This document shows, one piece after another, positions 1 through 6,814 of a stretch of 30,979 bases of DNA. Below the pieces are notes generated by a model. That model did not search any database and was not told where the DNA came from. It saw only the letters and a list, made by a program, of their open reading frames with translations. The stretch covers positions 1 through 30,979 of IMG/VR virus record IMGVR_UViG_3300037424_000154; one strand, written 5' to 3'. Numbering within the stretch: the first letter of the stretch is position 1; the number at the start of each line of letters is the position of its first letter. This DNA comes from a virus (Duplodnaviria > Caudoviricetes). The position numbers and the translations under genes were made by a program.

Positions 1-101
1 GATGCCATTTTTTTGCCCTCTCGTTAATTTCTGAGCCCAGACAATACCGACTCAGCGCCAGCCAATCCAATCAATTGTTTCTATCCCAGTCGCGGAACGC
101 T
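1..101. repeat. Partial copy of 362-bp direct repeat (identical to 30315-30415)
   Basis: gatgccatttttttgccc...cgcggaacgct matches 30315-30415 base for base by eye and diverges at position 102. Confidence 0.95.
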
Positions 102-204
102 GCCGGTACGCGCTCAAGCGCCGCCTGTCGTTCCTCTCGCGTTTCGAGTGCCGACAATACGCACTATCCGCGATCCAGTACAGCGGATTGTGTTTATGGG
201 GCAT
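71..204 (-). pseudogene. Probable frameshifted or truncated small phage gene
   Basis: ATG at 204 overlaps the upstream stop (TGATG) and reads MPHKHNPLYWIADS; a different frame reads LSALETREERQAALERVPAAFRDW, resembling 29222-29461, and runs into the repeat. Confidence 0.4.
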
Positions 205-407
205 CAGCTTTTCTTATCGCCTATGGATGCGCGCAGTACCGCTATCGGGTTTCCTGATACGCTCTCCGCGTGATCGCTGCCAGGCTCGTAGTCGAATGAT
301 GCGCAGCCATTGCCGGCGCGCGGGAATCCATCGCAGCCAATCTGGCAGCGGCCTGATTGTGCGCTTGCCGGATATTGGCGGCATGACCAGCAGGGGAGGC
401 GAGTCAT
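204..407 (-). CDS. Small Cys-rich hypothetical protein
   Basis: MTRLPCWSC...C...C...CASFDYEPGSD; GAGGG RBS upstream of ATG 407. Confidence 0.6.
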   Translation of the reverse strand: MTRLPCWSCRQYPASAQSGRCQIGCDGFPRAGNGCASFDYEPGSDHAESVSGNPIAVLRASIGDKKS

Positions 408-456
408 TTTTCGTCCCTCGACAATTCTCGCCCACGACATGGAACATTTATGTCTC

Positions 457-954
457 TCATTCGTCAAACCCCGCCGATCTGATGCCAAGAATTGATTTAA
501 GCTCACCGATATTTTGCCGCGCCTCCTCCCTCCGCTCTTCACGCTCATCACTGGACAACAATTTTGAGCGCTCCGTGATCGGCTGCGGACGGTAGTATTC
601 GGGAATGTAATTTAGCCCGAACTCATTTACCTTACTCAATTTGCCAAGGCATGCATTCCTGAATTCCGAAAGCGATGGCGGCCAATCCTCCTCCCATGTG
701 TCAAACCCGCGCTTTATCTCTTCGCCAGTCAGGCCGGAAAGGCCGCCCGCCCACTCCATGAGTGCAAATTCTTCGATCCCATCCATTGCGCTTACCCATT
801 TGTGCCCGTACCACGCTTGGAACTTTTTGAATATCGCGCTAGCCCAACTTATCGGCAAACCCTTTTTGCTCGATGTCTCTCCGCGCAATTTCGTCGAGTT
901 TGTCAGAGAATCGTTTTGCACGGCTCCTGGTATCAGGCTGCTGATTTTTTCCAT
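457..954 (-). CDS. Replication protein P-like helicase loader
   Basis: Directly downstream of the initiator; IFKKFQAWYGHKW and WPPSLSEFRNAC motifs are typical of lambdoid P-like proteins. Confidence 0.7.
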   Translation of the reverse strand: MEKISSLIPGAVQNDSLTNSTKLRGETSSKKGLPISWASAIFKKFQAWYGHKWVSAMDGIEEFALMEWAGGLSGLTGEEIKRGFDTWEEDWPPSLSEFRNACLGKLSKVNEFGLNYIPEYYRPQPITERSKLLSSDEREERREEARQNIGELKSILGIRSAGFDE

Positions 955-1573
955 TACTATTTCCTCCGCTTGTCTTTTCCCACGTCCTTACTGCGGCTTT
1001 CCAATCCCTCATATGATTTTTCCCGACCCTCCACCCGTTCGATGTGTAGTGGTCAAACCATCGCTCAGGGTCTACGGCGTTCTTGCGCTCAGCGCAGTAG
1101 GCTGCCACCTCAGCAAGCGACGGTTTTACAAATTGCCTGCGCGGTGGAGCGTCAGCGACACCAGTGTTTATGGGTAATGATGGTTCTACTGATGGTTCTA
1201 TTATGGTTATGGGTGCACGTGGTGCAGGGGTACCCTGCACGTGGTGCAGGGGGGGGGTGCACGTGGTGCAGGGGTACCCTGCACGTGGTGCAGGGGTGTC
1301 GATTCCGACAGGGGTGCACGTGGTGCAGGGGTGTATGGTGAAAATGCTGGAGCTGCCGCCCCTTTGAGATCTGGTTATGTGGCCAGCTGCCTCTAGTTCT
1401 GCGAGGTGTTTGTAGACGGATCGCTCGCTCAGCCCCGTCCTTGCGGATAGACGCCGAATGGACGGCCAGCATATTCCGTCATCGTTTGCCTGGTCGGCTA
1501 GGCTGATTAGGAGAAGTTTTGCAGGGCACGGAAGATCGACTTCCCATGCTGTAGAGAGGGATTTATAGCTCAT
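839..1573 (-). CDS. Replication initiator (O-like, N-terminal winged HTH)
   Basis: AKLLLISLADQANDDGICWPSIRRLSARTGLSERSV HTH, central iteron repeats, C-terminal FDHYTSNGWRVGKNHMRDWKAAVRTW; alternative GTG start at 1585. Confidence 0.9.
   Translation of the reverse strand: MSYKSLSTAWEVDLPCPAKLLLISLADQANDDGICWPSIRRLSARTGLSERSVYKHLAELEAAGHITRSQRGGSSSIFTIHPCTTCTPVGIDTPAPRAGYPCTTCTPPLHHVQGTPAPRAPITIIEPSVEPSLPINTGVADAPPRRQFVKPSLAEVAAYCAERKNAVDPERWFDHYTSNGWRVGKNHMRDWKAAVRTWEKTSGGNSNGKNQQPDTRSRAKRFSDKLDEIARRDIEQKGFADKLG
1214..1331. repeat. Replication origin: five 17-bp iterons TGCACGTGGTGCAGGGG
   Basis: Copies start at 1214, 1236, 1258, 1280 and 1315 (spacing 22,22,22,35); each contains the dyad TGCAC-GTG-GTGCA; adjacent more AT-rich TGATGGTTCTA repeats at about 1165-1213. 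Confidence 0.9.
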
Positions 1574-1584
1574 CAGTGAATCCA

Positions 1585-1665
1585 CATTAGGGCCAGCCCC
1601 GGGTGACAGTTACCCGGATGTGCTGGCTCGACGCCTAGTGAAGGGTGCCGGGACTGGCTCTAATG
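1585..1665 (-). ncRNA. c4-like antisense RNA (three-stem structure)
   Basis: Closing stem 1652-1665/1585-1598, two internal hairpins, and segments CACAUCC and CUGUCAC complementary to upstream GGAUGUG and GUGACAG. Confidence 0.7.
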
Positions 1666-1676
1666 CAGACTCACGA

Positions 1677-1703
1677 CACATCCTATTGCGCCTGTCACGG
1701 CGC
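1677..1703 (-). promoter_or_regulatory. c4 target sites (a1/b1-like)
   Basis: Hairpin GCGCC-GUGACA-GGCGC (1703-1688) followed by GGAUGUG (1683-1677). Confidence 0.65.
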
Positions 1704-1712
1704 TTATAACGG

Positions 1713-1741
1713 ATGCTAAATATCTGCCTCGGCAATGTCAA
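1713..1741 (-). promoter_or_regulatory. Sigma70-type promoter for the c4-like RNA and replication genes
   Basis: TTGACA-17 bp-TAGCAT. Confidence 0.8.
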
Positions 1742-1821
1742 CCGTTCGCCGCTCCCGCGACGTGCCAGTCTCGTCCATCAGGCGTTCGATGTCATACGTG
1801 CGAGTAGTTCGGTTTTGTTTG

Positions 1822-2013
1822 TCATTTCTCCACCTCGTTAGGTCTCCACGATTTCGGGCACAGCTCCGGGTACATCAGCGCGAGAACCTGCCGCCTCGCA
1901 CGAGGTATGCCAGAATTGCGCCACTCTGAAACTGAGGGATGGGCGATGCCGAATATCCGCGCAACCGCCATAGTCCCGCCGAGCCTATCAATCAATTTGC
2001 CGTATTTGTGCAT
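1822..2013 (-). CDS. cro: Cro-like HTH regulator
   Basis: 63 aa, LIDRLGGTMAVARIFGIAHPSVSEWRNSGIP; first gene of the leftward early operon. Confidence 0.85.
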   Translation of the reverse strand: MHKYGKLIDRLGGTMAVARIFGIAHPSVSEWRNSGIPRARRQVLALMYPELCPKSWRPNEVEK

Positions 2014-2021
2014 AGTCGCAG

Positions 2022-2050
2022 ATAGTAGCCCAGACTACGATGAATTGCAA
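2022..2050 (-). promoter_or_regulatory. Leftward early promoter with operator GTAGCCCAGACTAC (2025-2038)
   Basis: TTGCAA-17 bp-TACTAT; the dyad operator overlaps the spacer and -10. Confidence 0.75.
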
Positions 2051-2078
2051 ATACCCCATTGTGGATAGGATAAAATTG

Positions 2079-2107
2079 TTGACTCACGCCGTAGCCTAGA
2101 CTACAGT
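2079..2107 (+). promoter_or_regulatory. Rightward early promoter with operator GTAGCCTAGACTAC (2091-2104)
   Basis: TTGACT-17 bp-TACAGT; operator 13/14 identical to that at 2025-2038. Confidence 0.8.
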
Positions 2108-2113
2108 TTGCGC

Positions 2114-2287
2114 ATGAACATCATCCGCCTACTGCCATGCACCGATACCCAGGCTCTCGACATATACGCCGAGCTGGTGGGAGTCGTGTGCCTGGTGGTG
2201 GGCAATATCACTGTATTTTGCGAGGAGGATTTGATGCCGCAATCGCAAAAGCGCTCGGAACGGAGAAGCAGAAATGACCCCTCTTGA
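2114..2287 (+). CDS. Putative leaderless 57-aa ORF (MNIIRLLPCTDT...)
   Basis: ATG follows the -10 box by 6 nt; not in the ORF track; no recognisable family. Confidence 0.4.
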   Translation: MNIIRLLPCTDTQALDIYAELVGVVCLVVGNITVFCEEDLMPQSQKRSERRSRNDPS

Positions 2288-2600
2288 CGCATACCAAATC
2301 TGCGGCGGACTCGACACAATCCGTGCGTGCGAGGACAACGAGACACGCAAATGCGAGTATGCCGAGAAACGCGCAGAACTGTGCCGCGCACGCTATGCGG
2401 CTATCCCTGCCGAGTTTCGCGGTTCGCTGCTGCTGGAGGCAGTAAGCGAGCTGGCGCAAGGTAATAATATCGACGACGAGATCGTCGCCGCATACGATGC
2501 CGGTGACGATGCCGCGCTACTGTGCGCCGTGCGCAAAATGCTGGACGGGTATCGGGCGTATATTGCTGAGCGTGACGTGCGCGAGGAATTTGGAGAGTGA
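2274..2600 (+). CDS. Hypothetical phage protein
   Basis: 108 aa, GGAG RBS, operon context. Confidence 0.75.
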   Translation: MTPLDAYQICGGLDTIRACEDNETRKCEYAEKRAELCRARYAAIPAEFRGSLLLEAVSELAQGNNIDDEIVAAYDAGDDAALLCAVRKMLDGYRAYIAERDVREEFGE

Positions 2601-2657
2601 ACCTCCGGTTAATGATGGTGCAATCGGCGGCAACGCCTATCCGATCGAGATTGAGGA

Positions 2658-2855
2658 ATGAATAGCCGGACATGGGTAATCGTCATTGGCATGGCCTGGC
2701 TGATATCTCTGACATTCTCGGGCGGCTATGCGTGGGGCGATTGCGCAAAGCTCTCGCTGTCGATCGAGCGCGCGTACCAATGGTCACCTGTCGGCGGGTG
2801 TAAAATAAACGTATCAGGCATCTATGTGCCGAGGGAGAATGGAGAATGGCAGTAA
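2658..2855 (+). CDS. Small membrane or exported protein
   Basis: N-terminal hydrophobic helix; GAGG near start. Confidence 0.65.
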   Translation: MNSRTWVIVIGMAWLISLTFSGGYAWGDCAKLSLSIERAYQWSPVGGCKINVSGIYVPRENGEWQ

Positions 2856-3082
2856 CAACCGTAGGCGTGGTGATGAATCGCATTATGTCGGCAACTGAGG
2901 AATCGCCTATCGCAGTGTTTCGGGCGGACGATAAATATCTGCGCGAGTCAGGCTTTTACGAATCGGTATTTGCCAGCACTGTCGAGACGCAGGCGCGCAT
3001 CGAATCTGGCGGCCCTGATTTCGTAGGCACATTCCATGCCAAATCAGATAGCCCGAAAGAGATATTGAGCCGGATTAAGTAG
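2846..3082 (+). CDS. Hypothetical phage protein
   Basis: Overlaps the previous gene, GGAG RBS. Confidence 0.7.
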   Translation: MAVTTVGVVMNRIMSATEESPIAVFRADDKYLRESGFYESVFASTVETQARIESGGPDFVGTFHAKSDSPKEILSRIK

Positions 3083-3095
3083 GGGAGGAATATCA

Positions 3096-3230
3096 ATGGC
3101 AACTCGAATGGGCAAAGAATACCTGTTGCAGATACAAGCCGAGCGCCGGATAAATCCTGCGGCGCTCCTGCGCAAGCGCGGAATCATCGGGCGGATCGTG
3201 GAATTTCTGAATCAGCGAATTGAGCCGTGA
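3096..3230 (+). CDS. 44-aa hypothetical protein (MATRMGKEYLL...)
   Basis: Strong GGGGAGG RBS; read directly from the sequence, below the ORF-track cut-off. Confidence 0.6.
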   Translation: MATRMGKEYLLQIQAERRINPAALLRKRGIIGRIVEFLNQRIEP

Positions 3231-3287
3231 ACGGCGCAGGCTGGCGGCAGCGCGAAGAGCAACTAGAGCGAATGAGCGAGGAAATGA

Positions 3288-3938
3288 GTGATGAGCATAG
3301 CAACAATGATTCTCGGGGAAAGCGGAACAGGCAAAACAACCAGCCTGCGCAACATGGTTGCAGCCGATACGCTGCTGATTCAATCGGTGAAAAAGCCGCT
3401 CCCTTTTAAGTCGGCGGATTGGAAGCCGGTACAGGGCGGCGGCAATGTGTATGTGTCTGATCAATCGTCGCAGATTGTCGCGGCGATGCACAAAACCTCG
3501 CGCAACGTCATCGTGCTGGATGATTTCCAGTATCAGATGAGTAATGAGTTCATGAGGCGCGTTACTGACCAAGAGGTCGGCAATTCAGCGTTTGCCAAGT
3601 ACAACGAGATCGCAAAACACGCATGGGACATCCTGATTGCTGCGAGCTCGCTGCCGGATAACAAGCGGATCTACATCCTGTCTCATTCGAACACTGACGA
3701 GTTTGGCAGAACCAAAATCAAGACCATCGGCAAGTTGCTCGATGAGAAAATCGTCATGGAGGGGCTTGTAACAATTGTGCTGCGAACGATGGTCCAGAAT
3801 GGCAACTATCTGTTCTCGACGCAAAACAGCGGGAGTGATACAGTAAAAAGCCCGCTGGGAATGTTTGACGATGAGATGATCGACAACGATTTAATGAGCG
3901 TAGATCGTGCGATTTGTAAATATTACGGAATCAACTAA
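3288..3938 (+). CDS. AAA/P-loop ATPase, Sak4-like recombination protein
   Basis: Walker A GESGTGKT, Walker B VIVLDD, adjacent to SSB-like and Gp157 genes. Confidence 0.85.
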   Translation: MMSIATMILGESGTGKTTSLRNMVAADTLLIQSVKKPLPFKSADWKPVQGGGNVYVSDQSSQIVAAMHKTSRNVIVLDDFQYQMSNEFMRRVTDQEVGNSAFAKYNEIAKHAWDILIAASSLPDNKRIYILSHSNTDEFGRTKIKTIGKLLDEKIVMEGLVTIVLRTMVQNGNYLFSTQNSGSDTVKSPLGMFDDEMIDNDLMSVDRAICKYYGIN

Positions 3939-3946
3939 CCGAGGAA

Positions 3947-4561
3947 ATGAGCATGTATAACCTGGACACGAACGCAGCAAAGCAAGCCGATCAAAAGAGC
4001 GGCGCAATCAACGAGGCAGGCAAATATATCGGCACATTCACCCGCGCCGAGAACATCACCAGCACCAAAGGAACTCACGGAGTTGAGTTCTCGTTCAAAT
4101 CCGACGCTGGCCTCGGCGCAGACTATCTTACCTTGTGGACAAAGAACAAGGACGGCAAGGAGCTGTATGGATACAAAACACTGATGGCAATCATGGCCTG
4201 CCTCAAAGTGCGTCACGTCACTAAGTCTGAGCGCATGGTCGAGAAATACGATCACGCCTCAAAGACAAAAACACAAGTGCATGCCGAAGTGTTCCCCGAG
4301 CTGATGGGCAAGCCCATCGGCCTGCTCATCACGATGGAGGAATACGAGAAAGGATCTGGCGGCACCGCCTGGAAGCCGACCATCTATGCGCCGTTCGAGG
4401 CGGGGACTGAGCTCACTGCAAGCGAGATTCTGACCAAGGCACAGCGTCCGGAAATGATGCAAAAAATGATGCTTACGATGAGCAATCGCCCGCTGCGCAA
4501 CAAGCCGGCCGCATCTGCGCCGCAAAACTTCGATGATTTCGACGACGATATTCCGTTCTAG
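3947..4561 (+). CDS. Phage single-stranded DNA-binding protein (non-canonical SSB)
   Basis: Acidic C-terminal FDDFDDDIPF tail; follows the Sak4-like ATPase. Confidence 0.75.
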   Translation: MSMYNLDTNAAKQADQKSGAINEAGKYIGTFTRAENITSTKGTHGVEFSFKSDAGLGADYLTLWTKNKDGKELYGYKTLMAIMACLKVRHVTKSERMVEKYDHASKTKTQVHAEVFPELMGKPIGLLITMEEYEKGSGGTAWKPTIYAPFEAGTELTASEILTKAQRPEMMQKMMLTMSNRPLRNKPAASAPQNFDDFDDDIPF

Positions 4562-4574
4562 GAGACTTATTCGC

Positions 4575-5075
4575 ATGACCACTCTCACGCTGTACCAAAT
4601 TTCCGACGAGTACGCAGCAACTCTTGCGCTGGCCGACCTGGACATGGACGAGCAGACCATCGCCGACACGCTGGAAGGGCTGTCCGGGGCGCTGGAGGCA
4701 AAGGCGCAGAATGTCGCAATGTTCGCCCGCAACCTCGAAGCCAGCGCCGCCGCTATCAGGGAAGCAGAGCAGCAGATGGCAGCACGTCGCAAGGCCATCG
4801 AGTCCCGCGCAGAGCGTGTCCGCGAGTACATCAAGGCAAACATGCTTCGAACTGGCATCAGCAAAATCGAGTGCCCGTATTTTGCCATCGCCATCAAAAA
4901 CAATCCGGCGTCTGTCGTTGTCGATGATGTGCGCGCAATCCCGGCGGATTTCATGCGCCAGCCCGAGCCGCCGCCGCCAGAGCCCGACAAAAAAGCCATC
5001 GGGACGGCATTGAAAGCAGGCAATGACGTGCCTGGATGCCATCTTGACCACGGCACGCGGCTTGAGATTAAGTAG
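4575..5075 (+). CDS. Siphovirus Gp157 family protein
   Basis: MTTLTLYQIS, DTLEGL, KNNPASVVV, PDKKAI...ALKAG..VPG; AGGAG RBS. Confidence 0.9.
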   Translation: MTTLTLYQISDEYAATLALADLDMDEQTIADTLEGLSGALEAKAQNVAMFARNLEASAAAIREAEQQMAARRKAIESRAERVREYIKANMLRTGISKIECPYFAIAIKNNPASVVVDDVRAIPADFMRQPEPPPPEPDKKAIGTALKAGNDVPGCHLDHGTRLEIK

Positions 5076-5102
5076 CTAAACAGGACGCGCAAAGGGGGGG
5101 TC

Positions 5103-5474
5103 ATGATAACCGCAGAACGCATAGCCGACTACATGGCCGAGGGAATGTCACGCGAGGACGCTATCCGCAGAGTGCGCGAGGAGCTGGAGATTGCGCGTCA
5201 GGTGCGGGCGGTGAATGACAAGAAGACAACTCCAGGCGGGCGCGGGATGAGATTCTTGCGCCGTATAGTGGATACGGGAATGGGAGGTAGCATGCAAACC
5301 TGCGAACAATGCTCACACTACGAGATGAACGATGCAGCCATGGGCCGCGCCCGTCATATCTGCTGGATAGCCTATGGCGGTGCTCCGGCGATTGGTGACA
5401 AGTGCCCGGGGTTTGATGAGAAATTCAATGCCCGTGCGCGCGCCGTTGATGCTGGCGTTGTGAATTACGAATAG
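5103..5474 (+). CDS. Hypothetical protein, possibly a fusion of two small genes
   Basis: Internal GGAGG RBS before MQTCEQC (Cys-rich C-terminal half). Confidence 0.6.
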   Translation: MITAERIADYMAEGMSREDAIRRVREELEIARQVRAVNDKKTTPGGRGMRFLRRIVDTGMGGSMQTCEQCSHYEMNDAAMGRARHICWIAYGGAPAIGDKCPGFDEKFNARARAVDAGVVNYE

Positions 5475-5479
5475 GAGGA

Positions 5480-5734
5480 GTGATGGACGGCAACATTATA
5501 ATCCAGAGTTACGTGTGGCATGGCGGAAAGTGTTTCTTCGTCAGCACAATAAACCGGCGGTCACCGGCGGCAGCGGCTTACGGCGCGATATACGCAGAGA
5601 CGATGGCGTGGGATTACGCCAGCGGGAAACGCGGTGCGCTGGTCTATCAGCCAGACGCATGTCAAGACTCTATGCGCGGACATTTTGCCATGTGCGAGCG
5701 GATGCGCGCTGATGGACTGGCTACAGAGTCCTGA
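5480..5734 (+). CDS. Hypothetical phage protein
   Basis: AGGAGG RBS, 84 aa. Confidence 0.7.
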   Translation: MMDGNIIIQSYVWHGGKCFFVSTINRRSPAAAAYGAIYAETMAWDYASGKRGALVYQPDACQDSMRGHFAMCERMRADGLATES

Positions 5735-5873
5735 TTTCGCCCGCTGGCGCAGACTCCGGAAAGCCAAGCGCTGCGCATGGTGCGCTATATGGCTGGCGGC
5801 ATGGATAGCGTTTCTGCTGGCGTCTCAGTGGTTGATGCTGGCGATGCATTCCGCTGTGACGCAGAACGCCTGA
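5712..5873 (+). CDS. Small membrane protein ending inside attC1
   Basis: MDWLQSPDF...AIWLAAWIAFLLASQWLMLAM...TQNA; stop codon lies within the attC site. Confidence 0.5.
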   Translation: MDWLQSPDFARWRRLRKAKRCAWCAIWLAAWIAFLLASQWLMLAMHSAVTQNA

Positions 5874-5919
5874 ATTCAGCGCGCGCCCGCAGGGCGTCCG
5901 CTGGAATGATGAGTTAGCC
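5861..5919 (-). mobile_element. Integron attC site (59 bp), attC1
   Basis: Minus strand: R'' GGCTAAC, 5 nt, L'' ATTCCAGC, central dyad, L' GCTGAAT, 6 nt, R' GTTCTGC; unpaired G5904 and T5897 at positions 16 and 23. Confidence 0.85.
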
Positions 5920-6241
5920 GCCTACTCACCACGAAGCGCGGCAAAACTTGGAGATAGGCATGCACTACAGAAACGGACGTGAAGCAAGGAACGGGGACAA
6001 GATCGTGAAACTGGAAGGCGGCAAGGTGGTTGCCTACGGCGTGCTGCACAGCGCAGTAGCCGGAAACGACTACTGCAACGGCAACATTGCGGCAGTGCAG
6101 CCGGTGAACGATTACGCCTGCATGTGCGACTGCCTGCACATTGACGACGTGGCCGAAGCGCTGGCCGCTAAAGGCTTGGACAAGCGCCCCGAGGGGAGGT
6201 AATTCGCCGCACCGCCACTGGCTGATGCTGGTGGCGGCTAA
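5867..6241 (-). mobile_element. Integron-type gene cassette (375 bp)
   Basis: Bounded by two attC GTT crossover points; GTTAGCCGCC (5913-5922) and GGCGGCTAAC (6233-6242) are perfect reverse complements. Confidence 0.8.
5960..6202 (+). CDS. Cassette-borne 80-aa hypothetical protein
   Basis: MHYRNGREARNGDKIV...DYCNGNI...ACMCDCLHIDD; GGAG RBS. Confidence 0.85.
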   Translation: MHYRNGREARNGDKIVKLEGGKVVAYGVLHSAVAGNDYCNGNIAAVQPVNDYACMCDCLHIDDVAEALAAKGLDKRPEGR

Positions 6242-6294
6242 CGCAAAGCTAAACGGCGGGCGGTAGCCCGTCCGATTTGGGCGCCGGGTTAGGC
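6236..6294 (-). mobile_element. Integron attC site (59 bp), attC2
   Basis: R'' GCCTAAC ... R' GTTAGCC on the minus strand; plus-strand hairpin with unpaired G6279, A6275 and T6271 (positions 16, 20, 24). Confidence 0.8.
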
Positions 6295-6308
6295 GCGGGA
6301 GAAGAACG

Positions 6309-6410
6309 ATGACGCCAGACGAACAGCTTCTGGCTCGATTCAAGGTGGCGCCTGAGCCATGCTATCTGGCGGCCAGCGGCGCCGTCACGGCGTCGGCGTA
6401 TCGCCTGTAG
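6309..6410 (+). pseudogene. Probable truncated gene of a second cassette
   Basis: GGAG RBS just after attC2, MTPDEQLLARFKVAPEP..., runs into the convergent i-spanin gene. Confidence 0.45.
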
Positions 6411-6814
6411 GCGATGAGGTCGGCTTGAGTTGCGGCACATAGGGCAGCGATCCGGATAAGAACTGACGCATCATCTGCTGATAATTCACGCCCAGTGGCA
6501 CCGACACAGGCGGCGGGGCTGGCGGCTTGGGGCACTCCGGTGGGACGCTCGGGCCGGTTGCGCAGCCGCTCAATATCATCAAGCAGGCCATCGCGAATAC
6601 CGGCCATCGCCCAATATTGCTCTGATAGTGCATGATTCACGACCTCCTGTTGCTCTCGCTCTGTTTTGCGCGCCGCTTCCGACGCCTCAGCCCGCGCCTG
6701 CTCGATTTTGGCGCGCCAGGTGGTAGCCTCGGAACGGTGGCCGTGGATATCGCCAGCAAGGAACGCGCCAGCGATTGCCAGCGTGCCGGCGAGCAGTACC
6801 CAGGAATTAAGCAT
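6362..6814 (-). CDS. Rz: i-spanin (Rz-like)
   Basis: N-terminal TM segment, coiled-coil region, follows the holin, contains a nested lipoprotein ORF. Confidence 0.85.
   Translation of the reverse strand: MLNSWVLLAGTLAIAGAFLAGDIHGHRSEATTWRAKIEQARAEASEAARKTEREQQEVVNHALSEQYWAMAGIRDGLLDDIERLRNRPERPTGVPQAASPAACVGATGRELSADDASVLIRIAALCAATQADLIAYRRYADAVTAPLAAR
6385..6633 (-). CDS. Rz1: o-spanin lipoprotein (Rz1-like), fully nested
   Basis: AGGAGG RBS, lipobox LSGC, Pro-rich mature region. Confidence 0.85.
   Translation of the reverse strand: MHYQSNIGRWPVFAMACLMILSGCATGPSVPPECPKPPAPPPVSVPLGVNYQQMMRQFLSGSLPYVPQLKPTSSPTGDTPTP

Noticed and set aside
1-101. Prophage att sites or true terminal repeats
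   Set aside because: The two ends match different parts of an internal repeat rather than each other; no integrase or host genes are present
1214-1331. CRISPR-like repeat array
   Set aside because: Spacers are only 5-18 bp, there are no cas genes, and the array lies in an initiator gene; iterons explain it
1585-1665. tRNA gene
   Set aside because: Multi-stem fold but no T-loop or D-loop consensus and no anticodon arm; fits a c4-type RNA better
4259-5122. 287-aa minus-strand ORF
   Set aside because: Antisense shadow of the SSB-like and Gp157 genes
5861-5919. Simple rho-independent terminators at the attC positions
   Set aside because: No U-tracts; the AAC/GTT boxes, spacer lengths and bulge positions match attC
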